A DNA stretch of 64,000 nt from an uncultured Bacteroidota bacterium (GCA_963700635.1 CAVOYH010000003.1:1-64000), one strand, 5' to 3'. Positions 53,313 through 64,000 are shown, counted from the first letter of the stretch. Program-made: numbers and translations. The notes: generated from the sequence alone by a model not told the origin.

Positions 53313-53448
53313 AACTTGACCCTTCAATTGACTATACTATGGTACGAGTTTTGGGAGTTTCGTCCAAGCACAAAACGGCATCCCGCCTCCCGGCGTGCAG
53401 CGGAGCCGGTCGCAACCGCATCCGGTCAGCAGGAACCCTCCGTGCATT

Positions 53449-54114
53449 CTACGCGCGCCGGATCTGCCTGATAAATTCGTCAAGTTTATGGCCATCCAGC
53501 ACTCCATCCGTTCGCACACCACTGCACACGTCCAGGCCGAATGGACCAACTTCCTCGATGGCTTCACGTACGTTTTCCGGGCGTAGACCACCGGCAAGAA
53601 ACACCGGAACATCAACCGCCTCGCGGATGGTCCGGCTGACCGACCAGTCGTGTGTACGCCCGGTACCGCCCAGCTCCTTTACCGCCAATCGGGGATTTCC
53701 TGAATCAAGGAGAAGAGCATCAACGTGTGCCGCCGCATCCAGAGCCTGATTCACCGATTCCGGACCGGTTATGTGTATTACCTGGACGAGTTTTACGCCC
53801 GGGAGTTCTTCACGGAGCTGGACATAGGTGCCCAGCGTAAGGGTATCCACAATCTGAATGGCTGTCGTACACATGCGCCGGTGTTGCTCTATTATACCGG
53901 CCGCCGATTGTCGGGACGTCAACAGAAATGTCGCCACGGGCGGCGGCACATATCGCGTGAGGTCCGCTATAAGCGCCTCATCAATCACTCCGGGTCCGCT
54001 GGGCATGGCGCTCACAAGCCCGATGGCGCTCGCTCCGGCGCGGATAGCAAGCATTGCCTCCCGGCGGCTCTGGATACAACACACCTTAAGACGGGGATGA
54101 CGTGTCGGCTGCAT
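53449..54114 (-). CDS. trpF: phosphoribosylanthranilate isomerase (stand-alone)
   Basis: LKVCCI, ALLLDS, LGGTGRTHDW, FLAGGLRPENV, GLDVCSGV. Confidence 0.88.
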   Translation of the reverse strand: MQPTRHPRLKVCCIQSRREAMLAIRAGASAIGLVSAMPSGPGVIDEALIADLTRYVPPPVATFLLTSRQSAAGIIEQHRRMCTTAIQIVDTLTLGTYVQLREELPGVKLVQVIHITGPESVNQALDAAAHVDALLLDSGNPRLAVKELGGTGRTHDWSVSRTIREAVDVPVFLAGGLRPENVREAIEEVGPFGLDVCSGVRTDGVLDGHKLDEFIRQIRRA

Positions 54115-54212
54115 CAGCCCACTTCTGATTGGTGAAGGGAATTCGTAAACGACCGGCTGCTCCGTACCCACCTCTGGCAATTCTCCCCCTCCCCGGCGCG
54201 GGGCATTGGTCA

Positions 54213-55608
54213 CTACCGGAGCATCACAATTCGCCTGGTCAGACTCTGCTGCGAGGACGCCAGACGGCAGAGATACACCCCGCTTGCGAAGCGCCCCCCA
54301 TCGAATGGTACCGTGTGAACCCCCGCGGATTGATGTCCATCCGTGAGCGTAACCACAGTGCGTCCAAGTAGATCCAGGATCTGCACGACAACGCGCCCGT
54401 CCTCCGGCACGCTGTACTGAATCGTCGTAACGGGATTAAAGGGATTCGGGTAGTTCCAGAGGGAGTAGTCTTTCGGGCAGCGCCGCAAAAACCGGTCGCG
54501 CGGTTGAGGCAACTATTCCCTTAAGCCTCATGATTCTTGCGTACGAATCGTCGATCCGCTCTGAGGAAATCACGCCGTCCAGCACCGCACGCTCCAGGAC
54601 AGTGACGACGCGCCGCGCAAGGGAGTTGCCCAGACTATCACGGTTGCTGTTGTAGAGCAGGACGTCAACACCCGCGTTAACGGCAAGAATCATCGCTTGA
54701 TCAAGACCGTAGTGGGTGGAGATGGCTTTCATGCTCATCTCGTCGCTCACCACGACGCCGTCATAACCAAGCTGACTGCGCAACAGGCCGGTAATCGTCG
54801 CAAACGAGAGCGTCGCCGGGTACAGAGAATCGATGGTTGCATTGTACAGGTGGCCGGTCATGATAGCATCCACCGCATTGCCGGCGATCAGCCGGGCGTA
54901 CGGGTCAAGTTCCACACTCGACCAAGTGGTGGTCACGTCTGTCAGGCCGAGGTGCGAATCAGCAGTAGCGCTTCCGTGCCCCGGAAAGTGTTTTAGTGTC
55001 GTGAGGATCCCTTTCCTCCGGAACTCATCGATAAACCACGAAGCATGCTGGACGACCACACCCGGGGCCGGGGAGAAGCTCCGATACAGCGCCCCGATGG
55101 CCGGACTTGCAGGATTTATATTCAGGTCCACCACCGGAGCCAGGTTCATGGTGAGCCCGGTCTGTGTAAACCAGCCCGCCATCATGGAGGCCGTGGCACG
55201 CGTACTACTTTCCTGATTCAACACAGTGCCGAGCTCGTACGCCGATGGTGATGCGGCAAACCCATTCGACGGGCTGAGCCGGGCCACTCTCCCACCTTCC
55301 TGGTCGATGGCAAGGAGGAGAGGGATATGCGCACGCTTCTGCAGTTCGGATGTGAAGTGTGCGATCTGTCCGGGGCTTTTGAGATTGCCGCTCCAGGTGA
55401 ACATAACAACACCACCGACCAGATGCTCTGCAAGATCATTCTTCAGCGTATCCATTGAGGGAGAAGATCTTTCTACGGAATCTCCGGTCACCGTAATCAT
55501 CACCATCTGACCGAGTTTAGCGCGGAGGGGAACCTGGGAGAAAGCAGACAGGCAGCCGAGTGGCAAAAGGACGCAACCCAGGAACACGCGTAGACGGATA
55601 GACCGCAC
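54213..55608 (-). CDS. GH3 beta-N-acetylhexosaminidase (NagZ-like) with T9SS C-terminal domain (one frameshift at ~54475)
   Basis: AIDQEGGRVARL, NLAPVVD, KHFPGHGSATADSHLG, GVVVSDEMSM. NYPNPFNP CTD in the adjacent frame. Confidence 0.85.
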
Positions 55609-55666
55609 AGAATCTCTTTCTATTGTTGGTTCAAAAACAGCGTTGTGGCGCGCAGATGGAGAGGGA

Positions 55667-57406
55667 CTATTTCGTCGCCAGCTTTGCCCCCAGCCCCGAC
55701 ATTCGTTGGGGCTTCCGGCCGATCCCGGCGCGAATCACGGCCTCCGTCCCCCATACTTCACACCGCCGCCTGGCCCGTGTGATGCCGGTGTACAGAAGAT
55801 TCCGCGTGATCACCGGACTCTCGACATCGGGTATGAGGAGAAGGATGTCTTCAAACTCGGACCCCTGGCTTTTGTGCACCGTTGTGGCATACGCCGGCAT
55901 ATGGTCGGGCAGCCGCGCGGGCGGATACGCTCTGAATGTCTCCGCTTCTCCGGGAAATACCACCCGGAGATTCTTGTCCGCATCCGCCAGCGTTATTCCC
56001 ACATCGCCATTAAACAGGTTAAGGGTATAATTGTTTGCTGTAATGATCACCGGTTTGCCGGGGTACCACTCCTGCCCGGTCGTAATGATTCCCTGCCTCT
56101 TGAGCCATTGCTGCACCAGCTCATTGAGCGCCCCGACACCGCCCGGACCATCCCGAAGCGGCGTTAAGAGTCTGAATCTGGCGAAGGCTTCGAAACATTC
56201 CGCTTCTGGCGCTTTCCCGTGCACGAGGTCAAAATACGGCTGGAGCCAGTGAGCGACCGCGTTCTCCGGAAACACTTCACCGCCTCCGCTCACCGTCTTA
56301 TGCCAGATCAGCTCACCGCTTGCATCCGAACTGAGAATCCGGATTGCTTCGTCATCATCTCCTGCATTCACCGCCCGCGCCAGGCGCCCGATGCCGCTGG
56401 CCTCGCCAAACCGGTAACTCTTCGTGAGGATGAACAGAGCATCCCTCAGACCGGCTCCGCGGGAGGGCGGCACGCTGATTTCACCAAGGACCTTTCTCGC
56501 CAGCGCAAGAAACTCGGGTGTGTACACCTGTTCTCCACACAGCTCGCCGAACACACTGCCGGGCTGCACGGCATCGAGCTGATCTTTATCGCCCAGAAGA
56601 ATAAGCCCGGCTCCCGGACGCAGCGCCTCCACCACGCGCGTCATGAGCGAGAGATCGATCATCGAGGATTCATCCAGCACGATAAGGTCTGCATGGACCG
56701 GATTGGAGGCATTATACGCCGGGCGGCCGGACTCATGGCGGATACCCAGTAGCCGGTGTATGGTGGAGGCTTCATCCGGGATCAGCCGCCTGGTTTCTTC
56801 CGGCAGGTCCATTGTTGTTTTCGCCCGGCTGATCGTTTCGCGTAACCGGTCGGCCGCCTTGCCCGTGGGTGCAGCCAGCCTTACAACATATCGGGACCCC
56901 GGAGGGCGCAGCATCACTTTGAGTGCAAGGATCCGGGACACAGTGGTTGTCTTCCCGGTGCCGGGACCGCCGGAAATGATTGCCAGATTTCGTACCGCCG
57001 CCCCGAGCGCGGCAAACACCTGCTCGTTATTTGTCCACCCTTCCGGGAACACCCGCCGCAGACTGGACCGTAGCGCCTCTTCCCCCGGCATCGTCTCCAC
57101 GGGGACCGACAATTTCCTGAGCGCCGACTCCACCGTGTGTTCGTAATACCAGTACCGCGCAAGGTAGAGCCGGCGTCCATCCAGTATCAGCGGCTTGAAC
57201 TCTCCGGGCTCCCCCACGATCGTGCGCAGTTTCCTCAGGGCCGCTACTGTCGCCTTGATCTTCTGGTCCGAATCAACATCCAGACACACGTGCCCTTCTT
57301 CCAGACCGGAAGCCAGCGCAAGCACTGCTTCATCCAGCTCCGGCCCGGCCGTGGGTTCAGACTTCCTGAGAAGCGCCGACAGTGACCGCGCAAAAAACTC
57401 CATCAT
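55667..57406 (-). CDS. recD: exodeoxyribonuclease V subunit alpha
   Basis: RLYLARYW, GGPGTGKTT, AAPTGKAA, DESSMID, LGDKDQL, FNGDVG, TVHKSQGSEF, LLYTGITRAR. Confidence 0.95.
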   Translation of the reverse strand: MMEFFARSLSALLRKSEPTAGPELDEAVLALASGLEEGHVCLDVDSDQKIKATVAALRKLRTIVGEPGEFKPLILDGRRLYLARYWYYEHTVESALRKLSVPVETMPGEEALRSSLRRVFPEGWTNNEQVFAALGAAVRNLAIISGGPGTGKTTTVSRILALKVMLRPPGSRYVVRLAAPTGKAADRLRETISRAKTTMDLPEETRRLIPDEASTIHRLLGIRHESGRPAYNASNPVHADLIVLDESSMIDLSLMTRVVEALRPGAGLILLGDKDQLDAVQPGSVFGELCGEQVYTPEFLALARKVLGEISVPPSRGAGLRDALFILTKSYRFGEASGIGRLARAVNAGDDDEAIRILSSDASGELIWHKTVSGGGEVFPENAVAHWLQPYFDLVHGKAPEAECFEAFARFRLLTPLRDGPGGVGALNELVQQWLKRQGIITTGQEWYPGKPVIITANNYTLNLFNGDVGITLADADKNLRVVFPGEAETFRAYPPARLPDHMPAYATTVHKSQGSEFEDILLLIPDVESPVITRNLLYTGITRARRRCEVWGTEAVIRAGIGRKPQRMSGLGAKLATK

Positions 57407-60400
57407 GTTCTCCCCGTCTCCATCAGACACGTTTCCAGTGCCCGGACGAGCTCCGGTCCAGGTCGATCATAGTAGACGCCGGTCTGCTCTCCCTGACGCA
57501 TACCCCTGAGGAACAGGTAGATCACTCCCCCAAAATGGTTGTCATACGAATACCCCGGTACACGCGTCTGAAGATACCGGTGTACGGCAATACTATAAAT
57601 GAGGTACTGGAGATAGTAGTGTTCGTGTGCCATGACTTCGGTGAGAATCAACCCGTCATACTGTGCGGGCGAGTTCCCGAGTTGATTCGATTTGTAGTCC
57701 AGAAGATAGTACTTCCCGTTCTGTTCAGCCAGCAGATCGATCGTGCCGATCATAAATCCGCGCATATCGCGCTCTCTGAGTTCTGCTGCGGCCGCTGAGA
57801 ATACTTCCGGGAGTCCATGCCGTGGATCCTGTACTATCTCTCGTATATGATCGATGTTGAGCCGGTCCATACGATACACAAAATCAAGTTCCCGCACACA
57901 CTGTCGTTTCTCTACATTCCGCAATTGAAGTCCTCCGGGCCCGAGCGGAACAGAAAGTGCAGCGGCGACCATCCGGGAGAGCGCAGGAGCGAACTCCTGC
58001 CGGTACCCGCCTCTCTGCAATGCCCGTGTGACGCGTGCCTCGATCTGGTCATCGGAACTCTGGAAATCCAGCTGTTCAAACAACTGATGCCACATTCTCC
58101 CTGTCCTCGCTCCGGCCGGGAACGAAAAGATGGACCATTCCTCCGCGGGAGGGAGTGGGCTTTCCCTTGTTCCGGCGTCGAGATCCCGCCCGGATCTGAT
58201 CCAGTCATTGGTCAGGGATGTATAACTTGTATAACTCCAGGAGGGAAATATTAATCCCCTTCTGAAGGTCCTTGGCTGCAATTCATCCCCGGTGGAGGTT
58301 ATGGCTGAGCGCGTGTTCGTCCCGGGTTCCGGGTGTGACGTCCCCAGGACGGAAGACGACATCGCGCCCTTCAGGCCCTTGACCAACTCGTGCACCGGCC
58401 GTACGACATCTGCATGGGCGAGCTTCTTCATGTTCGCACTTTTCCCGCCACAATCCTCGAAGAAGAGCCAGGAAAGCGCCGCGTGTTCCATCTTATTGGC
58501 CTGCCCCCATACAACATAACACCGTTGGCGGGCGCGTGTCAGCGCCACGTACAGGAGCCGCAGACTTTCTGATTGCCGTTCCTGTTTCATTGTCTCGAAA
58601 TGGAGATCCCACTCGGGGGAACCGATGTCAGCAGTGAGCACCGGCATCTCCCGCGATTTCTTCTTTCCAACGCTCTTTTCCTGGTGGTAGAAGACCGGCG
58701 GTCTATTGGATCGGGCTTTTTTCTCCTCCTTCCCTTCCCAGGCATACGGACAAAAAACCACGGGGTATTCCAGACCTTTGCTGGAGTGTACGGTCACGAT
58801 CTGCACCCGCTTCGCATCACTTTCCAGCCGGATGCTGGTTTCATCCGACTCCTCTGCTGCATCCGCCACCTGTTCCTCCAGCCATCGGAGCACATGGTCA
58901 TGACCGGGATGCAGGATGCTTTCCTGATGAAGCAATTCGATCAGGTGGAGCAGATCTGTAAGCCGGCGTTCCGCATTCACATACATGAGCAGGTGTTCGG
59001 AGATGGACTTCCCGCCGGCGGCAATCCCGTTGCCATAGAGCAATTCCATTGACATCCGGATGAATCCATTCTCCGCGTTTTCCCAGATCCCGCGTAACCG
59101 AACAAAGCGGTCGGCGATTTCCCCGTATGCAGCCGAGTTTTGTTTGATGGCGGCAATACCCGCCGCCGTGTACCCCACCGTGGAAGAGATGAGAGCGGTG
59201 GACAGCGAGGACTCGTGCGAGGGTGATACGATGGCGCGCAACAGCAGAAGAAGGTCCTTTGCCCCTTCGGACCCGAACACGTTCCCCATGGCCTTCACGA
59301 TGGAGGGAATTCCTGCCGAGCGAAGAACTTCCTGTACCGTGTTCGCCTGGGCGTGGGTGCGGACAAGAACCGCGATATCACCGTGAGAAAGTTCCCCCTC
59401 TGCTGGATCCTGACTCGGAACAAGTTGTCCAATCTCATCCGCCACGGCCCGTACAGCCATACGTTGTGCGTCAGGTTTACTCCACCCCTTCTGACTGCCT
59501 TTCTTATTCTGGCGTTGTGGCGCCTCCGGCAGAAGAAACCAGTGTAATGCGGACCGACGGGGGATCGCCGGCAGCCGGACAGGAGCTTTTCCCTTATCGT
59601 GTTGGGCACGCACAGGAGGATATCCTGTCTTTTCCCCATCGAAAAACGGATATTCCTTCCCCCCGAATGTGAAGATACCCGTTACGGCCGTCACAAGGTC
59701 CTTTGCAGACCGGTAATTCACGGACAGGGTGGTTTTCCGTGACTTTGGAATGGACGCCGTCGCCCCGAAGTACGCAAAAATATCTCCTCCGCGGAACGAA
59801 TAGATCGCCTGTTTCGGATCACCCACGAACACAACCGGATGGTCTGCACCTTCGTAGATCCGGCGGAAAATATCAAACTGAAGCGGATCAGTGTCCTGGA
59901 ATTCATCGATGAGTGCTGCGCGGAATGTACTTTGCAGGGCGGCAGCAAGCCGGACGCCGCCCGGTGCAACCAGGGCGTTGTGCACGTGCAACAGCATATC
60001 ACCGAAAGAAAGGACTCCCTGCTCCCGTTTGCGCCGCGCAAAACGCTCCCGTACATAGGCGATAAGATCATGTGTTACCGCGAGGGCCACGTTCGTTGGG
60101 TCTTTTGTCCTGCGCGCCGTCTCCAGTTGAATCGCCGCCGGTACTAACTCGAGGAACGGATTACCGGCAATTTCACGGAGCTTCTTCAACCGGCCCGTGG
60201 TCATCAGCCGTCCCGTGGTCCGCCAGTCGGACTCGGAGGCACCATCAAAGAAAGCCGAATGTTCCACGCACCAGCCATACTCCTCGACCGACAGATGTCC
60301 GAGATGCGTGCGGGCAAAGTCGGCGACAACGGATTCCAGAATCGGCAGGTCGTCGGTCAGGACTTCAGCTGTAAAATCCATGCCCGAGGAGAATGCCTGC

Positions 60401-60768
60401 TCGCGGAGAACACGCCGGCAGAACCCGTGAATCGTGAATATGGCAGCCTCATCAAACGCAACGAGTGCCGCTGCCAGCACTTTTTCCGCCTGCGTCAGGG
60501 TTTCCTCTGAACAAAGAAGCTGTTGGAGCCGGGCCTGCAGGTCATGGTCCTCGAGCGTCTCCAGGGACCGGGCACTGATCGAATCGCGGATTTCCCGGAT
60601 GCGGGAGCGGATACGGTCACGCAGTTCAGCAGTCGCAGCTTCGGTGAATGTCACCACCAGAATCTGACTGACCTGCAATTTCTGCTCGACAAGGAGCAGG
60701 ATGTACCTGCTCGTAATCGAGTAGGTCTTCCCTGTTCCCGCGCTTGCTTCGATCAGTTCAAAGGCCAT
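57403..60768 (-). CDS. recB: exodeoxyribonuclease V subunit beta
   Basis: IEASAGTGKT, VTFTEAATAEL, DEFQDTD, GDPKQAIYSFRG, LLYVALTRAR, nuclease motif GTIDL...DYKSN. Confidence 0.95.
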   Translation of the reverse strand: MAFELIEASAGTGKTYSITSRYILLLVEQKLQVSQILVVTFTEAATAELRDRIRSRIREIRDSISARSLETLEDHDLQARLQQLLCSEETLTQAEKVLAAALVAFDEAAIFTIHGFCRRVLREQAFSSGMDFTAEVLTDDLPILESVVADFARTHLGHLSVEEYGWCVEHSAFFDGASESDWRTTGRLMTTGRLKKLREIAGNPFLELVPAAIQLETARRTKDPTNVALAVTHDLIAYVRERFARRKREQGVLSFGDMLLHVHNALVAPGGVRLAAALQSTFRAALIDEFQDTDPLQFDIFRRIYEGADHPVVFVGDPKQAIYSFRGGDIFAYFGATASIPKSRKTTLSVNYRSAKDLVTAVTGIFTFGGKEYPFFDGEKTGYPPVRAQHDKGKAPVRLPAIPRRSALHWFLLPEAPQRQNKKGSQKGWSKPDAQRMAVRAVADEIGQLVPSQDPAEGELSHGDIAVLVRTHAQANTVQEVLRSAGIPSIVKAMGNVFGSEGAKDLLLLLRAIVSPSHESSLSTALISSTVGYTAAGIAAIKQNSAAYGEIADRFVRLRGIWENAENGFIRMSMELLYGNGIAAGGKSISEHLLMYVNAERRLTDLLHLIELLHQESILHPGHDHVLRWLEEQVADAAEESDETSIRLESDAKRVQIVTVHSSKGLEYPVVFCPYAWEGKEEKKARSNRPPVFYHQEKSVGKKKSREMPVLTADIGSPEWDLHFETMKQERQSESLRLLYVALTRARQRCYVVWGQANKMEHAALSWLFFEDCGGKSANMKKLAHADVVRPVHELVKGLKGAMSSSVLGTSHPEPGTNTRSAITSTGDELQPRTFRRGLIFPSWSYTSYTSLTNDWIRSGRDLDAGTRESPLPPAEEWSIFSFPAGARTGRMWHQLFEQLDFQSSDDQIEARVTRALQRGGYRQEFAPALSRMVAAALSVPLGPGGLQLRNVEKRQCVRELDFVYRMDRLNIDHIREIVQDPRHGLPEVFSAAAAELRERDMRGFMIGTIDLLAEQNGKYYLLDYKSNQLGNSPAQYDGLILTEVMAHEHYYLQYLIYSIAVHRYLQTRVPGYSYDNHFGGVIYLFLRGMRQGEQTGVYYDRPGPELVRALETCLMETGRT

Positions 60769-60774
60769 TGTCCG

Positions 60775-63700
60775 CTATTTTTTCTTCTTGGTGAAGTCTG
60801 TCTCTATCATACCCCGTCTGGCCGTCACGGCGATCATTCTGGCGAGTGCCTCGAACTCTTCGTTGATGGCCTCTTCGCCTGAGCCAAAGGCCCGCGCATA
60901 GTACTCGTCCAGACTCTCACTATAGCCACCGTACCTGTTCGGGTCATCCCAGGACTCCCTGAACTTCGCGAGCACTTCCCCGGGGTCTTTTTCCTCAGTC
61001 TCCTGCGCATACTTCAATGCCAATCCCGGGAAAAAGTGGAGGGGTCGCCGGAGTCCCTCGCCATACCAGAACAAGAGCTGCTCCAGGAGCTTCTCCGGGT
61101 CCTTCACCTGCGGGAATTCCTTCAGACCATTTACACCCAGAAGGCTCCCGCACAATCCGCCCCTGGTATGGTGTGGATGGAGAAGGCAGACGCTCAGAAA
61201 CCGGATCCAAAATGAAATCACATCCGCATCGTGAATTTTCCCCGGTTTTACGAGAAACATTCCACGGGATGTGACGTCGGGCTGGTACACTTCCAGCACC
61301 CAGTCTCCGACAACAATTTCGCCGGCAATAGCCGGAAGTCGTGGCTCTGCAGTCAGTGCCTTGAATGAAGTCACAAAGGCATTGGCTTCTTTCATGACGG
61401 AAGTAAATCCGTATGATCCGGGCACGCCAACGGGCAGCCGGCCGTCGGCAAGGAGGACGGCGAGTAATTCCCTGTCAACCACCTCCCCTTTCGGAAGAAG
61501 CTGGATGAGGGCCCGGTAGATCGCCCGCGTCTCCACCTTCCCCACAGCGAGGGGTTCCTGCGATTCCACTGCATCTGCTTCTTCCCGGTATCGTACGCCA
61601 AGACGTTTTTCGAAGAGCGCTCGCGTGGGGTGCTCATAGAAGCGGCACAATTCATCCAGTCGCACTTTTTTGAGTTCGATTCCTGCATCGGGCAGCACGT
61701 CGGCGAACAGCGAATGATGTATTTCTGAACCGGTCCCAATGCCCCTGCTGATCCGGCAGGCTTCAGAAGAATAGCTGAAGAGTCGGGGATCAAGGCCGTC
61801 AAAATAGCGGGAGGAAAACGACTGCAACGGATGGGCGATGTGCAGCGCGGCCATCGCTTCCTTCACCGGGTCCGCATTTCTGTCCGGATCTCCCGCGTAC
61901 CCGATTTCTGCCGCAAACTCCAGAAGCTCGGCAACCACCGGTGACATCGGACGGGCTCTGCCCGTCTTCACGTCCTCCCCGATATATGTCATGAGCAGCC
62001 GTTCACGAGCGGAGAGCAGAAGTTCCAGGAAGAGATACCGGTCGTCCAGACGGGCTGACCGGTCCCCGTGCCGGTAATACGTCTGCATCAGGTCAAAGCT
62101 GGGCGGTTTTACGTTGCGCGGAAACTCGCCGTCGGCCATCCCCAGCAGCGCAACCACCTTGAAGGGAAGCGGCCGCATGGGTTTCATCGAACAAAACGTA
62201 ATCCCGCCTCCAAGAAACCGCATCCAGGGAGCGGATTCCGACTGTTCCGCGGAAAACAAGGAGCGGAACACCGCACTCTCTACGGCGCCAACATATCCTG
62301 CGTCCTCGCTCGCAGACACGGCCTTTGTGATGATCTCACGTATACTCTCCCGGCTTTCAAGGTACTCCCTCGTCGGTCCGATGAACCTATCCAGCCACGC
62401 TGAGAGAACCCCTCCCCATTCGGTCATCGTCCTCGGGTTTCGGAGATCTCCCACCCAATCCTGCAACGCGTGCACAAACGTACCAAAGCGGTCCAGAAGG
62501 TCGACCTGCTGTCCCTCGATGGTATCAAACGGAAGAATCCCATGGAACATCGGGACGGCATCTCCGGCGAGCGCACGGGGCAACCCTACGCCGAGAATCA
62601 TCCGTTCAAGACCCCATGACCAGGTGAACTGCTCGGACTCAGGGAGTTCCCATTGTTGTTTTTGCCCACCGCTCATTCCCCACCTGATACCCGACTGCTC
62701 CACCCAACCGGCAAGTGTGTCCAGTTCATTCACAGCGATGGCAAATGTGTCGCGGACAGGTCCGGTTCGGAGAAGATCAAGAATCAGATCGGCATCAAAC
62801 CGGGTCGCCGGGAGGTTCAGAAGGCGCGTCCAGACATCCACCACGGTATCGATCTGTCCTCTTTCCCGGTCGGTGATATCGTAGGGAAGTATCCTGCGCG
62901 TGGCGGATGCGCCGATGTCGCTGTGTGATGCGCGGGGAAACACGGCCTCAACATAGGGCGCGTACATGTTGATATCGGGAGCGAGTACCAGGATGTCCGA
63001 CGGCAGGAGCACCGGATCCCGATCCAGCATGGCAAGCAATTGGTCGTACAGTACTTCCACTTCACGCATACGTGTATGACAGCTATGGATCCGGAACGAA
63101 TCATCGTCCTTTCGTGCGGGAACGGGTTCTTCCGAAAGGGAGAGAATCCCGGTTTGAAGCGTATGCAGAAGTGTGTTCTTGCCGGGGTCTTCAAAAAGTC
63201 CGACCGTGCCTGCCCCGACGCCTTCCGTTTCCACGACAAACCGTATGAAGTCGCGTCCTTGTTTTCCAAACGATCCCAGAAGGGCATGCGGCACATCCAC
63301 GTGCATCAGTTCGGCGGAATACACGAGGTCGGTCCTGACCCGCATCCGCTCATCAGCTATGTCATCCCACTTCTCGCGGCAGGGGTTCAGTACATACGCA
63401 CACACAGTGGTTTGTGCTCCCAGGGCATGCAGAATATCCACGTAGGCGGGAGAAAGAGAACTTATGCCGAATACGCTTACCCGTTCCGGAAGTCCCTTGA
63501 CCGGATTCTTCAGAGCCTGGAGGAATGATTGGAAAAGGCGGGCGCGATGAGGATGTGTAATCCCGGCTGTTATTCGTTGCCAGAGTTCCGCCTGCCAGAG
63601 CTCATCGTTGCCAAGGTTCAGCCTGGTGCCGGCCTCCCATTTTTCAAGCCATTCCATGCGGTAGACAAGATACCGGTTGAAGAGTTCGGCAAGGCGGCCG

Positions 63701-64000
63701 GCCAGATCAAAGCGTCGGGCACTGTCACCCTTCGTGAGATAGGTGTGAAGCGGCGGGTGTCGGCTCACAAACTTTTCGTCTTCGAGGATCCCCAGAATAT
63801 GCCATTGGAGGATATCCACGTCATACACGGAACGGGAGGGCAGATCGGGATTGACGATGCGGTAGAGATCCCAGATAAACTGGCCCGGACTCCGGTAACA
63901 CATGTTTGCGGATATGCCCTGTGTGCGGGCAAGCCGGATGTCCATCCACTCACCCACGGTCCGGTCATGCACGACCACAAGTTCCGGCACCAGGGGCGCA
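60775..64000 (-). CDS. recC: exodeoxyribonuclease V subunit gamma (5' end beyond the window)
   Basis: FGISSL, LNPCREKW, HSCHTRMREVEVL, MRPLPFKVVALLGM, DDRYLFLELLLSARERL, HPLQSFS. Confidence 0.93.
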   Translation of the reverse strand, partial: APLVPELVVVHDRTVGEWMDIRLARTQGISANMCYRSPGQFIWDLYRIVNPDLPSRSVYDVDILQWHILGILEDEKFVSRHPPLHTYLTKGDSARRFDLAGRLAELFNRYLVYRMEWLEKWEAGTRLNLGNDELWQAELWQRITAGITHPHRARLFQSFLQALKNPVKGLPERVSVFGISSLSPAYVDILHALGAQTTVCAYVLNPCREKWDDIADERMRVRTDLVYSAELMHVDVPHALLGSFGKQGRDFIRFVVETEGVGAGTVGLFEDPGKNTLLHTLQTGILSLSEEPVPARKDDDSFRIHSCHTRMREVEVLYDQLLAMLDRDPVLLPSDILVLAPDINMYAPYVEAVFPRASHSDIGASATRRILPYDITDRERGQIDTVVDVWTRLLNLPATRFDADLILDLLRTGPVRDTFAIAVNELDTLAGWVEQSGIRWGMSGGQKQQWELPESEQFTWSWGLERMILGVGLPRALAGDAVPMFHGILPFDTIEGQQVDLLDRFGTFVHALQDWVGDLRNPRTMTEWGGVLSAWLDRFIGPTREYLESRESIREIITKAVSASEDAGYVGAVESAVFRSLFSAEQSESAPWMRFLGGGITFCSMKPMRPLPFKVVALLGMADGEFPRNVKPPSFDLMQTYYRHGDRSARLDDRYLFLELLLSARERLLMTYIGEDVKTGRARPMSPVVAELLEFAAEIGYAGDPDRNADPVKEAMAALHIAHPLQSFSSRYFDGLDPRLFSYSSEACRISRGIGTGSEIHHSLFADVLPDAGIELKKVRLDELCRFYEHPTRALFEKRLGVRYREEADAVESQEPLAVGKVETRAIYRALIQLLPKGEVVDRELLAVLLADGRLPVGVPGSYGFTSVMKEANAFVTSFKALTAEPRLPAIAGEIVVGDWVLEVYQPDVTSRGMFLVKPGKIHDADVISFWIRFLSVCLLHPHHTRGGLCGSLLGVNGLKEFPQVKDPEKLLEQLLFWYGEGLRRPLHFFPGLALKYAQETEEKDPGEVLAKFRESWDDPNRYGGYSESLDEYYARAFGSGEEAINEEFEALARMIAVTARRGMIETDFTKKKK

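Noticed and set aside
52329-54114. Plant-type acyl-ACP desaturase and orphan trpF as signs of unusual transfer
   Set aside because: Both families are widespread in FCB-group and other bacteria, and nothing in the local sequence marks them as foreign.
60188-60220. Short in-frame duplication in recB (TTGRL-M-TTGRL)
   Set aside because: Only two imperfect 15-nt copies in a variable region, with no evidence of function.
1-64000. CRISPR arrays, tRNA or rRNA genes
   Set aside because: No regularly spaced repeats or recognisable structural RNA genes were seen by eye. A covariance-model scan would be needed to exclude small RNAs.

Overview
The window looks like two unrelated genomes joined at about 23,375. 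Left (1-~23,375): very GC-rich (roughly 70% by eye), actinobacterial-style DNA with many single-base frameshifts, probably sequencing indels. It reads as an accessory or conflict island. It carries a VirD4/TraD-like coupling ATPase, a DUF5663-like/beta-propeller fusion, a small partner gene plus a TM-TPR-CHAT protease with Clp-N-like repeats, and a BtpA/acetyltransferase/phosphoesterase/methyltransferase/ART-like/HAD/IMPase/kinase cluster. It also carries a vWA + tubulin-like GTPase module with two or three tubulin-like paralogs. One paralog is split by an IS3-family element and rejoins in frame when the IS is removed. Right (~23,375-64,000): lower-GC (high 50s by eye), nearly error-free DNA with T9SS C-terminal domains, Shine-Dalgarno sites and sigma70-type promoters, suggesting Ignavibacteria or related FCB lineages. 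It holds a SusD-less glycan-utilisation locus (LamG-T9SS protein, two lipoproteins, TonB-dependent receptor, variant-CTD protein, PorV paralog, GH63-like x2, FGE-fold fusion, DUF2961/GH172). This locus shares an identical LacI-type operator with galTKM. Further right are an SSS transporter, a GH5 mannanase, an acyl-ACP desaturase, trpF, a T9SS-tagged GH3 and recCBD. The best candidates for under-described systems are the TBDR / variant-CTD / dedicated-PorV uptake cassette and the multi-tubulin vWA module. All family calls come from motifs read by eye; no searches were run.
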